64,000 nucleotides of DNA, taken from the NCBI GenBank assembly GCA_965223545.1, contig OZ245006.1, positions 5,088,001 to 5,152,000 of the forward strand, read 5' to 3'. Source of the stretch: Planctomycetota bacterium (GTDB lineage Bacteria > Planctomycetota > UBA1135 > UBA2386). The notes beneath the pieces are model-generated. The model was not told the origin of the DNA and made no database searches. It saw nothing but the letters and a program-made list of their open reading frames with translations. A program made the position numbers and the translations under genes. This document shows, piece after piece, positions 20,095 to 29,879 of this stretch (positions are counted from its first letter, which is position 1; the number at the start of each line of letters is the position of its first letter).

Positions 20095-21519
20095 TCAGCG
20101 CACGCCGATCACGGCATCGCCGCGGGCGCTCGTCGCGATGCCGCCCGGATTGGCGCCCGGATCGAGCACCGCCGCTTGGAGGAAGAATCCGACCCCGCCG
20201 AGCGCGGTGTTGGCCGGCACCGGGATGGCGAGCGTCGGGCCGGGCAGTGCCGGCAGGATCAGCGGGTTGCCGACGTGCAGGAAGCAGCCCACGGCCCCGA
20301 TGGAGGTCAGTGGCAGTGAGAGAGCTTGGACTCCGATGATGTTGGCTCCAGGGGCCCCGGCGGGCACGTTGCCGACCGCGACCTGCGCAACTTCACCGAC
20401 CCACGGCAGCGCGTTCGCGGTCAGGGTCGGCGGCGCGCCCAAGCTGGTCGGACAGCCGAGCGCGGTGGCGCTCTCCTGGAACGCCGCGATGGCGTTGGTC
20501 TGGTACTCCCAGAGCTGGTTGTCGATCGTCGCCACGACGGGGTTGGGGAATGGCCCGGAGCTGTTGAAGCCGCCGAACAGGTAGCTCCGCTGCAAGGCCG
20601 GCACGTAGACCGACTCCGCGCCGGCGCGCGCGGCAAAGCCCGAGAAGGTGCCGCGGTTGATCCAGTCGGTGCCGTCGTACTCCCAGGTTTGGTCGAGATA
20701 GCCGTTCGGCGTGCTGGTCGCGGCGCTGTTGAAGCCGCCCGCCATGACGAAACGGCTGCGGATCAGGTCGTAGCTCATGGCCGCCTGCAGGCAGCCGGAC
20801 CGGTAGGGAATCGTCGACGTCGGGGCCTGCGTCCAGTTGCCGCCGCTCCACAGCCACGTGTCGCGCAGCGCGTTGGGGTTGTTGTCGGTCCCCCCGAACA
20901 AGAGCGCGCGGCCGCCGGCGAGGTCGTAGGCTATGGCGTGGCGCGCGCGGGGGCCCGGCGACGTCACCGGGGTGGCCAACGTCCAGTTGACACCATCCCA
21001 CAGCCACGTGTCGGCGTAGTAGTTGGTGTTGTCGTAGCCGCCGAACAAGACGGTCCGCCCCATGCGCGAGTCGAAGAACATCCGCGTCCAGTAGCGCGGG
21101 CTCGGGTTGACCGCAGGCACGCGCTGGGTCCAACCGCCCGCGGGGCTCCATTCCCAAGTGTCGTTGAGCGGTGTGTCGGCGAGGTCGCGCCCGCCGAACA
21201 CCACCAGCACCCCGCGCCGCAGGTCCCAAGTCATCGCGTGGCGCTCGCGCGCCGGCGGTGAGCCGCTCGCCGGCGTCAGGTTGGTCCATTGCACGCCGTC
21301 GTAGCGCCACAGCTCGTTGGAGCGGTTTGGGCTGATCGCCGACGCCGGTCCCAGGTGGCCGCCGAAGAAGTAGAAACTCGTGCCATCGGTGGCAGCACCT
21401 CCCAGCGTGGCTCCCGTCGGCCCATTGGCCTGACCGGGAGACAGCAGCCAGGCGGGCTGGGCGGCGGCGGCCGCGGCGAGGAGGGAGGCGCAGATCACGG
21501 TGCAGGGGGCAAGTCTCAT
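20095..21519 (-). CDS. Secreted Kelch-repeat beta-propeller protein with extra C-terminal domain
   Basis: Signal peptide ending AAAAAQ; repeated (L/V)FGG...DTW.W/YDG..W Kelch units; about 130-aa C-terminal beta-rich domain. Confidence 0.85.
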   Translation of the reverse strand: MRLAPCTVICASLLAAAAAAQPAWLLSPGQANGPTGATLGGAATDGTSFYFFGGHLGPASAISPNRSNELWRYDGVQWTNLTPASGSPPARERHAMTWDLRRGVLVVFGGRDLADTPLNDTWEWSPAGGWTQRVPAVNPSPRYWTRMFFDSRMGRTVLFGGYDNTNYYADTWLWDGVNWTLATPVTSPGPRARHAIAYDLAGGRALLFGGTDNNPNALRDTWLWSGGNWTQAPTSTIPYRSGCLQAAMSYDLIRSRFVMAGGFNSAATSTPNGYLDQTWEYDGTDWINRGTFSGFAARAGAESVYVPALQRSYLFGGFNSSGPFPNPVVATIDNQLWEYQTNAIAAFQESATALGCPTSLGAPPTLTANALPWVGEVAQVAVGNVPAGAPGANIIGVQALSLPLTSIGAVGCFLHVGNPLILPALPGPTLAIPVPANTALGGVGFFLQAAVLDPGANPGGIATSARGDAVIGVR

Positions 21520-21606
21520 CGGCGAGATCGTAGCGGCGGTCGTGGACCCGGCGATCGGGTGCCTCCTCGATGCCGCGGACCGGTGACGCCCTGCCGTAAC
21601 GTTGCT

Positions 21607-22374
21607 TCAGCTCTGCCAGTCCAACAGCTGCCGCGCGCGGGTCGCGGGATCGGCAGTCGTGGTCAGCTGCTGGAACAGTTGCTCCAGCCGGGCGTCGTCG
21701 GTGCCGCCCGCTGCGCGCAGCTCTGCCATGGTGCCCAGGGCGCGTAGCCGGCCGCGCTCGAGCACGGCGACCCGGTGGGCCAGCGTCTCGACGACATCGA
21801 GCAGGTGGCTGCAGTACAGCACGGTGCCGCCGCGCTCGGCGAAGGTGCGCAGCACCTCCTTGACGATCAGGGTGGTTTCGACGTCGAGTCCCGAGAGGGG
21901 CTCGTCGAGCACCATGACGCGGGGGCGCGTGAGCAGGGCAGCGGCGAGGGCGACCTTCTGCGTCATCCCCTTGCTGAACTCGTACATCGCGTCGTGGCGG
22001 CGCTCCAGCAGTCCGAAGCCGTCGAGCAGCTCGGGAATGGCGTCGGCGATCTCTGCTTCGGTCACCCCGAACAGCCGCCCCTTCAGCGCCAAGAACTCGT
22101 CGGGCGTCAAGGCCTGGTAGAGGTTGGCGACCTCGGGAACGTAGGCAAGGAGTCGTTTGGCCCGCGATGGCTCGGCAGTGGTGTCGACGCCGCAAATGCG
22201 GACCGTGCCCGAGGTCGGCGGTTGCAAGCCGACGATGGCGCTGACGGTCGAGGTCTTGCCGGCGCCGTTCGGTCCGAGCAGCGCGACGATCTCGCCCTCG
22301 GCCGCTTGCAGTGACAGGCGGTCTACCGCGACGAACGCACCGTAGCGAACGGTCAGCTCCTCGACCTGCAGCAT
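21607..22374 (-). CDS. ABC transporter ATP-binding protein (ABC-2 exporter type)
   Basis: GPNGAGKT Walker A, FSKGM signature, VLDEP Walker B, CSH switch. Confidence 0.92.
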   Translation of the reverse strand: MLQVEELTVRYGAFVAVDRLSLQAAEGEIVALLGPNGAGKTSTVSAIVGLQPPTSGTVRICGVDTTAEPSRAKRLLAYVPEVANLYQALTPDEFLALKGRLFGVTEAEIADAIPELLDGFGLLERRHDAMYEFSKGMTQKVALAAALLTRPRVMVLDEPLSGLDVETTLIVKEVLRTFAERGGTVLYCSHLLDVVETLAHRVAVLERGRLRALGTMAELRAAGGTDDARLEQLFQQLTTTADPATRARQLLDWQS

Positions 22375-22385
22375 TGGCCGCGAGG

Positions 22386-23633
22386 CTATCCCGAAGCGGG
22401 CGCCGATCGAAGCGCGCCTTCCGGTCCACTGCGGCGGCGCGCGCGTGCGGCGTCGATGACCGCGTCCATGCGCTCGTACATGTGGTCCCAGCGGTAGTGC
22501 GCGCGGACCCAGTCGGCGGCGCGCCGGCCCATGGCGCGCGCCGCCGGCGGGTCGGCCAGCAGGGCGCAGACGCGGTCGACCGTTGTCTGCCGGTCGTCGG
22601 CCACGTGCAGCACGTCCTCGGGCACCGCCCCGAGTCCCTGCACCGCCTGCGGCGAGCCGACCACGGGCAAGCCCATGCTGAGGGCCTCCAGCACCTTGTT
22701 CTGCACCCCCCGTGCCAACCACAGCGGGGCGATCGCGACCGCCGCCCGGTCGAAGTAGGGCGGGGTCTCGGGCACCCGCCCGGTGACCTCGATGCCGTCG
22801 TGCCGGGCGAGGTCGAGCACCGCGCGGTTCGGGCGCGCGCCGACGATGCACAGGCGTGCCCGGGGAAAGCGCGCCCGGACCGCGGGCCAGCACTCGCGCA
22901 CGAACCAGCAGACCCCGTCGACGTTCGGCTCGTAGTCCATCACGCCGGTGAAGATCAGGCCGTGTGGGTCGCGCTCGCCGTCGCCGTGCGAACGAAAGTG
23001 GTCGACATCGACCCCGTTGGGCACGACCGCCGGCTGGATGCCCGGAATCTGCTCCTCGAACAGCGCGCGTTCGACCTCCGACACCACCAGTGAGGCGTCG
23101 AACGCGGCCGCGACCCGGCGCTCGAACTCGAGCAAGAGCCGTGCCTCGCGGCCGTACAGCCAGCGCGCGGGGCCACGGCACTTCGCCGCGAACTGGCGCC
23201 ACTTGTCCGAGTCGAGCTCGGCGAACTGCATGATGCGCAGCGGTGCGGGGTGTTGCAGGCTGTACAGGGCCATGTACGCCGAGTAGTGGTAGACCAGGTC
23301 GGGCGGGTCCTCGGCGAACCAGCGCTCGACCGCCGTCGCCAGAGTCGGGTGGCGGAAGTAGGTCAGGCTGATCGCGCGGCCGCGCGCGAGTCCGCGCAGG
23401 CTGGCCGCCTTGCGGCGGCCGGGGTGGACCAGCGGGGCGCAGACCTCCAAGACGCGCGGCTCGCGCCGCCGCAGCTCGGCCGCGGCTTCGAGATCGCGTG
23501 CTTCCTCGGCGAAGCAGCCGACGCGCAGCTCGTGGCCGGCTGCTGCAAAATGCCGCAGGAAGTGGTGCGTGGTGATCCGGTCACCGCGGTCTGGCGGGTG
23601 TGGCACGCGCTGGCAGAGGAACGCGATTTTCAC
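22386..23633 (-). CDS. GT4 glycosyltransferase resembling the PEP-CTERM-system-associated family
   Basis: RVPHPPDRGDRI, DSDKWRQF, FTGVMDYEPNVDG, ARGVQNKVLEA. Confidence 0.85.
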   Translation of the reverse strand: MKIAFLCQRVPHPPDRGDRITTHHFLRHFAAAGHELRVGCFAEEARDLEAAAELRRREPRVLEVCAPLVHPGRRKAASLRGLARGRAISLTYFRHPTLATAVERWFAEDPPDLVYHYSAYMALYSLQHPAPLRIMQFAELDSDKWRQFAAKCRGPARWLYGREARLLLEFERRVAAAFDASLVVSEVERALFEEQIPGIQPAVVPNGVDVDHFRSHGDGERDPHGLIFTGVMDYEPNVDGVCWFVRECWPAVRARFPRARLCIVGARPNRAVLDLARHDGIEVTGRVPETPPYFDRAAVAIAPLWLARGVQNKVLEALSMGLPVVGSPQAVQGLGAVPEDVLHVADDRQTTVDRVCALLADPPAARAMGRRAADWVRAHYRWDHMYERMDAVIDAARARRRSGPEGALRSAPASG

Positions 23634-23835
23634 GGGGCGTTCGGGCGTTGGGGTGGCTTGGTCTCGGGCGAGTCGGAGAGTGAGAGGCGAGAAGCGCGAG
23701 GCCGAGCATCATTGGAGAGCGTTTCCCCGGTTGCAAACCGAGGCTGCGCTGAGTCGTCGATCGTCCCAGCGCCGGCCTCAAGGGATGCGCCACACCGTTC
23801 CGATCAAGGGAGGAAGAGGGGCGTTAGGAGACTCC

Positions 23836-24705
23836 ATGACTATCGAAGGCCGTACCAGCTCGATCCTGGATCTGGTCAACAAGACCATCGACCTACCGAC
23901 GATTCCGGAGGTGCTGGTCAAGCTCAATCAGGTCATGGCGGATCCGGATTCCTCCGCGGAGGACGTCGCCAAGGTGATCGAGGTCGACCCCGCGGTCGCT
24001 ACGAATCTCCTACGCCTGGTGAATTCGGCCTACTTCGGGCTCCAGATCCGCGTGTCGCAGGTCAGCCAAGCGGTGTCCATCATGGGCTTCCGCATGACCA
24101 AGAAGGCCGCGCTCAAGGCCGCGGTGTTCAGCGTCTTCGCGCGCAGCCGCGACGTCGACGACCACTTCGATCCCGAGGCGTTCTGGAAGCACTCGATCTT
24201 CACCGCGGTGGCCGCGCGGTGCATCGGGCGCGCGAGTCCGCGCTACTCCGGGGTCGATGTCGAGGATCTGTACATCTGTGGTCTGCTGCACGACATCGGC
24301 AAGATCATCCTCTACGAGTCGGCGCACGACGCGTACATGGACGTGCTCGAGCACGCGCACCGCGCGGCCCGCCCCGACCTCGAGGTCGAGCGCGAGATGC
24401 TCGGCTTCACCCACGCCGACATCGGCAGTGTGCTCGCCATCAAGTGGCTGCTGCCCGAGGACCTGACGATCGCCATTCGCTACCACCACTCGCCGGAGCG
24501 CGACCCCTTCCACCAGTCGCTGTCCTCGCTGATCCACGTCGCCGACCACCTGGCGTGGAGCGCCGGCAGCGGCTCGACCCAAGGGCTGACGCCGCCCACC
24601 TTGCTCGAAGACGCGTACGACCGGATCGGGCTCGACCCGCAGCAGGTCGAGGATATTTTGCCGGCGATCCGCGAGGAGTACGTCGGCACGAACCTGCCCT
24701 GGTGA
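23836..24705 (+). CDS. Stand-alone HDOD domain protein
   Basis: AGGAG RBS; LPTIPEV, DP....LLRLVNSAYFG, FWKHS, GLLHDIGK, GFTHA, YHH. Confidence 0.92.
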   Translation: MTIEGRTSSILDLVNKTIDLPTIPEVLVKLNQVMADPDSSAEDVAKVIEVDPAVATNLLRLVNSAYFGLQIRVSQVSQAVSIMGFRMTKKAALKAAVFSVFARSRDVDDHFDPEAFWKHSIFTAVAARCIGRASPRYSGVDVEDLYICGLLHDIGKIILYESAHDAYMDVLEHAHRAARPDLEVEREMLGFTHADIGSVLAIKWLLPEDLTIAIRYHHSPERDPFHQSLSSLIHVADHLAWSAGSGSTQGLTPPTLLEDAYDRIGLDPQQVEDILPAIREEYVGTNLPW

Positions 24706-24801
24706 GCGGCCCAGGGGGTGCGGCGGCGCACCTCTCGATGCGCTTCGGCGCATATGCTTTCGTGGCGACGGGTGCGGGCCGCGCCTATAGTCGCGCGGCT
24801 C

Positions 24802-25878
24802 ATGCAGATCTCCGATATCCCCGTCGAGGGCTACGAGCGTGTCGTCCGTGCCGTCGACCCCGATTCCGGGCTGCACGCCATCATCTGCGTGCACGACACC
24901 ACCCTCGGGCCCGCCTTGGGTGGCCTGCGCATGTGGCCCTACGCCAGCGAGGACGACGCGCTGTTCGACGTCAAGCGGCTGGCGCGGGGGATGACCTACA
25001 AGTCCGCGGTGGCCAAGACGGGCCTGGGCGGCGGCAAGGCGGTGATCATCGGCGATCCCGCGGTCGCCAAGTCGGAGGCCCTCTACCTCGCGATGGGCCG
25101 GTTCATCGATGCGCTCGGCGGGCGCTACATCACCGCCGAGGACGTCAACACGACGGTGGCGGATCTGGAGATCATCCGCCGGGCGTCCCGCCACGTCACC
25201 GGCGTCTCGCGGGATGCCGGCGGCTGTGGCGACCCCTCGCCGTTCACCGGCTACGGCGTGTTCCTGGGGATCCGCGAGGCGCTCCAGTGGCAGCGCGGTG
25301 ACGGCGCGCTGCAGGGCGTGAAGGTGGCGGTCCAGGGCGTTGGCTCGGTCGGATCCGCGCTGGTGCGTCTCCTGGTCGGGGCGGGCGCCGAGGTGTTCGT
25401 CGCCGATCGGCGCCGCGATCGGGTCGAGGCTCTGGTCGGCGAGCTCGGGGTCACCGCCGTCGGCGAGAACGAGGTCCTCGAGCTGGACGTGGACGTGCTG
25501 GCGCCGTGCGCGCTCGGCGCGGTGATCAACGACCAGACGCTGCCCCGGCTGAGTTGCAAGATCGTGGCCGGTGCCACCAACAACCCGCTGCTGCGGCCCG
25601 AGCACGGCCGTCGGCTGGAAGAGCGGGGGATCCTCTACGCCCCAGACTACGTCATCAACGCCGGCGGCATCATCCACATCGCGGTGTCGCTGCAGCGCGG
25701 CGGCTACGACGAGGCGGCCAGCAACCGCCGGGTCGAGCGGATTCCGGAGGCATTGCGCGAAGTGTGGAGCATGGCGCGCGATACCGGAATCCCGGCGAGC
25801 GATGCCGCCGACCGGGTGGCCGAGCAGATCCTCGGCGAAGCCGAGGCGACGCCCGACATGAGCGCCGCGCCGAGCTGA
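24802..25878 (+). CDS. Leucine/valine dehydrogenase (Glu/Leu/Phe/Val family)
   Basis: HDTTLGPALGGLR, LARGMTYK, GGGK, ITAEDV, GDPSPFT, QGVGSVG, APDYVINAGG. Confidence 0.92.
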   Translation: MQISDIPVEGYERVVRAVDPDSGLHAIICVHDTTLGPALGGLRMWPYASEDDALFDVKRLARGMTYKSAVAKTGLGGGKAVIIGDPAVAKSEALYLAMGRFIDALGGRYITAEDVNTTVADLEIIRRASRHVTGVSRDAGGCGDPSPFTGYGVFLGIREALQWQRGDGALQGVKVAVQGVGSVGSALVRLLVGAGAEVFVADRRRDRVEALVGELGVTAVGENEVLELDVDVLAPCALGAVINDQTLPRLSCKIVAGATNNPLLRPEHGRRLEERGILYAPDYVINAGGIIHIAVSLQRGGYDEAASNRRVERIPEALREVWSMARDTGIPASDAADRVAEQILGEAEATPDMSAAPS

Positions 25879-25887
25879 CGGGCGGCG

Positions 25888-26550
25888 CTACTCGCCGTAG
25901 CCGATGCGCTCGACCGGGTTGACGATCGAGGACACCAAGTTCTTCGAGTGCGCGCTGATGCGCTTCAAGAAGCGCACGTAGAGTGCCAGAGTGACCGCGT
26001 CGGCGACGCCGAGCGACGTGTCGCCGCGCACCATCTGTTCCTCGATTTGCCGGCACTGCTTGGAGACGTCGGCTTTGTACGCGTTCATCAGATTGCGCGC
26101 TTCGGCTTCGTCACCGGAGCGAAACGCCGGCACGGTGCGCTCGAACAGCCCCAGCGCGGCGCGCTCGATGGCGACCAACTCGTCTTCGTGCTCGGCGACC
26201 TGCAGCCGCTCTTCGTGGTCGCGCGCCAGGTCGACGATGTTCTTGCAGTAGTCGCCGATGCGCTCGATGTCGATCACGATCGAGGCCAAGGTCAAGCCGG
26301 CGGCGCTGTCGGCGCGGTGTCCCAGCACGAGGTGGGTCAACACCTTGCGGCGCACTTCGCGCTCGAATGCGTTGATGCGCTTGTCGAGCTCGTAGACGTC
26401 GTCGCCGTCGTGCGCGACGTCCTTGTTGCGCAGGGTGTCGACCGAGGTCTGCACCATGGAGCCGCACAGGTCGAGCATGTCGTAGCACGACTGCAGCGCC
26501 TGCTCGATGAAGCTGTCGCGGCGCAGGAGGTTGAGGAGTTCACGAAACAT
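25888..26550 (-). CDS. PhoU-domain protein
   Basis: Two helical repeats with DIERIGDY and LKRISAH; directly downstream of the Na/Pi symporter. Confidence 0.85.
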   Translation of the reverse strand: MFRELLNLLRRDSFIEQALQSCYDMLDLCGSMVQTSVDTLRNKDVAHDGDDVYELDKRINAFEREVRRKVLTHLVLGHRADSAAGLTLASIVIDIERIGDYCKNIVDLARDHEERLQVAEHEDELVAIERAALGLFERTVPAFRSGDEAEARNLMNAYKADVSKQCRQIEEQMVRGDTSLGVADAVTLALYVRFLKRISAHSKNLVSSIVNPVERIGYGE

Positions 26551-26553
26551 GGA

Positions 26554-27702
26554 TCAACGCCCGAGCCAAACGACGAAGAACGGAATCAGATAGAACACGG
26601 TGATGATGTAGACCGCCGGGATCGCGCGGTTGCGCATCGTCAGCCGCGCGAACGTCTGGGCGATGGCAACGGGGATTCCTCTTATCGGCCAGACCAGGGC
26701 CACGCCAAAGACGTTGAACAGGACGTGGTGGAATGCCAGGCGGATCCCGGCCTCCGCCTTGCTCAGGTCGGCGCCGCTGTCGACGGCGGCGTAGGCCGCC
26801 AGAGAGGCCAGGACGGCCGTGCAGGTCGTGCCGATGTTGGCGCCCATGGTGTAGGGAAACGCCTGGCGGATCGTGAGCACACCGGCGCCGACCAGGGGGA
26901 CCACGACTGATGTGGTGATCGAGCTGCTTTGCACGAGGATGGTCAGCAAGAGCCCGAACACCAGGGCGACCGGGGCGTTGCGAAACACGGTCCGGTCGAA
27001 CAGGGTCTCGATGCGCGTCAGCATCATCGACTTGAGCAGGCGGACCAGCATGAACAGGCCGAAGAAGGTCAAGACGACGCCGGCGATGGCCAGCGCCGGC
27101 TTGTTCTCCAGCACCAGGCCGTCGACGACGCCGATCGCGGGCTTGGTGATGGCCTTGATCGGGTTGGAGAGCACCGTTCCGCCGGCACCCTCGAACGCCG
27201 CGGTCGCGTGATCCGCGGCCCACGTCAAGAAGCCGGTGCCGACTTCGAGCGGAAACAGCACCACCAGCACGATCAGGTTGAAGAAATCGTGCACGGTCGC
27301 GGCGGCGAACGCGCGCTCGTACTCGGCCGAGCGGGTGATGTGGCCGAGCGAGACGATGGTGTTGGTGACGGTGGTGCCGACGTTGGCTCCCATCACCATG
27401 TAGATCGCCGCTTCGAACGGCAGCGCGCCGGCCGCCACCAGACCGACGACGAGCGAGGTCGTGGTCGACGAACTCTGCACCAGGGTCGTCGCGAGGATGC
27501 CGGCGAACAGACAGACGAGCGGCGAGGTGTCCGCGCCGATGTTGAGCAGCTCCTCGGAGAAGCCCTTGCCCATGCCCTTGAACGCGGTGCCCATGGCGCC
27601 GATGCCGACCAAGAACAGGTAGAGCACGGCGAGGACGCCGAGAATCTGGGTCAGGAGCTGGACGGTCGACGGGGACTTGGGTGTCTCGAGGCGGGCAACC
27701 AC
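26554..27702 (-). CDS. Na+/phosphate symporter (NptA/SLC34-like)
   Basis: Two QSSS repeats, GANVGTT/GANIGTT and AAATVHDFFN. Start uncertain (GTG 27702 chosen). Confidence 0.9.
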   Translation of the reverse strand: MVARLETPKSPSTVQLLTQILGVLAVLYLFLVGIGAMGTAFKGMGKGFSEELLNIGADTSPLVCLFAGILATTLVQSSSTTTSLVVGLVAAGALPFEAAIYMVMGANVGTTVTNTIVSLGHITRSAEYERAFAAATVHDFFNLIVLVVLFPLEVGTGFLTWAADHATAAFEGAGGTVLSNPIKAITKPAIGVVDGLVLENKPALAIAGVVLTFFGLFMLVRLLKSMMLTRIETLFDRTVFRNAPVALVFGLLLTILVQSSSITTSVVVPLVGAGVLTIRQAFPYTMGANIGTTCTAVLASLAAYAAVDSGADLSKAEAGIRLAFHHVLFNVFGVALVWPIRGIPVAIAQTFARLTMRNRAIPAVYIITVFYLIPFFVVWLGR

Positions 27703-27811
27703 GCCGCTTTTGGTAGCTGCTTCTGCGGTTGGATGCGAGCGTTGCCGCCCCTTTTGATCCGCGCTCGAGACCCGCGGCTCCGGGAGCGGTGGTTGCCGTG
27801 TTCGCGCGCGT

Positions 27812-27925
27812 GCCAGAAGTCGTGGCCGGCGTCCGCGACCGCATGACGGTCGAAGGGGATCCGCTCGACGCGGTTTAGCGATTCCCTCGGGGACCAAGTC
27901 GGCCCGGCGCAAATGGCCGGGCTGC
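27812..27925 (-). pseudogene. Frameshifted 114-bp relic homologous to part of the DUF2723-like gene (30194-30306)
   Basis: Hand alignment gives 15 mismatches plus 1 indel; encodes HLRRADLVPE / LNR....PFDRHAVADAG..FW split over two frames. Confidence 0.8.
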
Positions 27926-28052
27926 GCCTAGCGCCCGACCACCAGGTCGAGTGCCGGCGCCAACGCGTCACGGATGGATTCTCCCCGCCCCTCCACTCCT
28001 CCCGACCACTCTCCCGGGCGGGGCGAGGGTAAAGTCTTCACCAGCAACCGAC

Positions 28053-29021
28053 GTGAATCCTCCACCCGCATCGCACTCCTGGCCGGCTCTGCCGTTCGAC
28101 GACTGGACCGATACCCTCGAAACCCTGCATCTCCGGACGCAGATCGTCGGCAAGATCCGCATGGTGCAGTCGCCTTGGCTGAATCACAGCTGGAGCGTGC
28201 CGCTCTACGTGTCCTCGTGCGGCCTGACGACGTCACTGGTGCCGTACGGTGCGGAGGGCTTCGAGCTCGAGTTCGACTTCCTCGCCGATGAGCTCGTCCT
28301 GACGACCACGACGGGCCAGCGCCGTGCAATCGCGCTCTCGCCTCGTTCCGTCGCTCGCTTCTACACGGAGGTGATGGAAGCGATGGCGGCGGTGCAGATG
28401 CCGGTGGAGATCCATCCGGCACCGAACGAGATCGCGAATGCGACCCCGTTCCCGGAGGACACCGAGCACGATTCCTACGACGGAGAGCAGGTGCGTGCTC
28501 TGTGGCGGGCGTTGTTGCAGGCCAATCGCGTGTTCCACCGTTTTCGCTGCGCCTATCTGGCCAAGGCGAGCCCGGTGCACTTCTTCTGGGGCAGCCTCGA
28601 CCTGGCTGTGACCCGGTTTTCGGGGCGTCCCGCGCCGGCCCACCCGGGCGGGATCCCGAACTTTCCGGACGTGGTCGCGCGGGAGGCTTACTCGCACGAA
28701 GTGACGAGCTGCGGGTTCTGGCCGGGCAATCGCGAGTCGAAGACGCCGATCTTCTACGCGTACGCATATCCGGCACCCGATGGCTTCGCCGAGGCGGAGG
28801 TCGAACCCGCGGCGGCTTACTGGCTCGCGAAGCTGGGCGAGTTCGTCCTGCCCTACGACGCCGTGCGGAATGCCGCGGATCCGGACGCCGAGCTCTTGTC
28901 GTTCCTCGAGAGTACCCACGCCGCTGCCGCGAAGCTGGCGGGCTGGGACCGCACCGCGCTCGAGTGCACGGCGCCGCGTGGCCCCGATTGGTGGCGCGAG
29001 AAGGTCGGTCCGGGGTCTTGA
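28053..29021 (+). CDS. DUF5996-like conserved protein
   Basis: WPALP..W..T..TLHL.TQIVGK, NHSW.V.LYV...GLTT, SPVHFFWGS.DLAVTRFSGR.AP, EAYSHEV.S.GFWPG. Confidence 0.8.
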   Translation: MNPPPASHSWPALPFDDWTDTLETLHLRTQIVGKIRMVQSPWLNHSWSVPLYVSSCGLTTSLVPYGAEGFELEFDFLADELVLTTTTGQRRAIALSPRSVARFYTEVMEAMAAVQMPVEIHPAPNEIANATPFPEDTEHDSYDGEQVRALWRALLQANRVFHRFRCAYLAKASPVHFFWGSLDLAVTRFSGRPAPAHPGGIPNFPDVVAREAYSHEVTSCGFWPGNRESKTPIFYAYAYPAPDGFAEAEVEPAAAYWLAKLGEFVLPYDAVRNAADPDAELLSFLESTHAAAAKLAGWDRTALECTAPRGPDWWREKVGPGS

Positions 29022-29142
29022 AGCGACGGGTTCCCGAGTCGCTGCCTCGTCAAACTTTACGCCGTGACCCGATGCAGAGCCGTGTTACTCGGCCAGTCGA
29101 CCGACGCTTCACGGCGAGACCGAGTCACCGCGGGCCGGCGCC

Positions 29143-29382
29143 TCAACGCACGCGATCCTGCGCCTCGTGCACGCCCTGCTGCTCGGCGCAGTGGGCGCAG
29201 CAGAAGATCCTCTCCTGGGGAGCCTCGATTCCGTGGCCAATGATCCGGCATCCGCACTGTGCGCAGGTCGGCGCGAGCGCGTGGATGGCGCACTCGAGGG
29301 AGTCGAAGGTGTGCTCGCTCCCGTCGTGAGTGGTCACGGTGAAAGACTTGTCGTATCGGTTGCCACAAGTGTCGCACGTCAT
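29143..29382 (-). CDS. Small Cys/His-rich metal-binding protein (metallothionein-like, 79 aa)
   Basis: GAGGA RBS; CxxCGN.YDK.F, FDS.ECAIH.LAP.CxxCGC..IGHG.E, FCCAHCA. Confidence 0.8.
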   Translation of the reverse strand: MTCDTCGNRYDKSFTVTTHDGSEHTFDSLECAIHALAPTCAQCGCRIIGHGIEAPQERIFCCAHCAEQQGVHEAQDRVR

Positions 29383-29879
29383 CGAGGTTCCTCGGTTGGT
29401 TCGGAGAGTCGGAGGTGCAAAGTCCGTGCCACACCCGGGGAGCCAGCGTGGGGCCGCGGGAGCACGGCGCGCGCTCGAGAGAGTGCATGCTACCGGGCCT
29501 GCATGTTGCGACTCGGCGTGCAAGAAGTGCAGTGCATCATCGGTCCGGGCACGCGATCAGCGCGGCCACGGCCGCAACCAAACTCGGATGCTGCTTGTGC
29601 CGGAGCAGCTCGGAAGACCTGACCCATGCGCCGCCGCCTCGAGAATGTTGTCGCTGCTCGACGATTCGTGGCGCCGCAGGCTTCCATCTCAACCCGCTGC
29701 CGAGCTCAACTCGGTCCCGAGGCGCGCCAGTGCGCGATGCAACCCGACCCGGGTGGCAACCTTTGGCTCTCCGGTTTCGTGGTCGCCGCGACTACTCGGT
29801 GTAGCCGTCGGCAAGTGTCAGACAGAAGCGCGCCCCTTCGTGGACATGGGTGCAACCCAACAACTCTCAACCATGGTGA

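Noticed and set aside
22386..23633. A PEP-CTERM/exosortase locus
   Set aside because: Only the glycosyltransferase resembles that system. No exosortase or PEP-CTERM-tailed protein was seen in the window.
29383..29879. Possible gene or pseudogene in the 500-bp gap between the Cys-rich gene and the DUF2723-like gene
   Set aside because: The frames I translated gave no recognisable motif or convincing start, so the gap is left unassigned.
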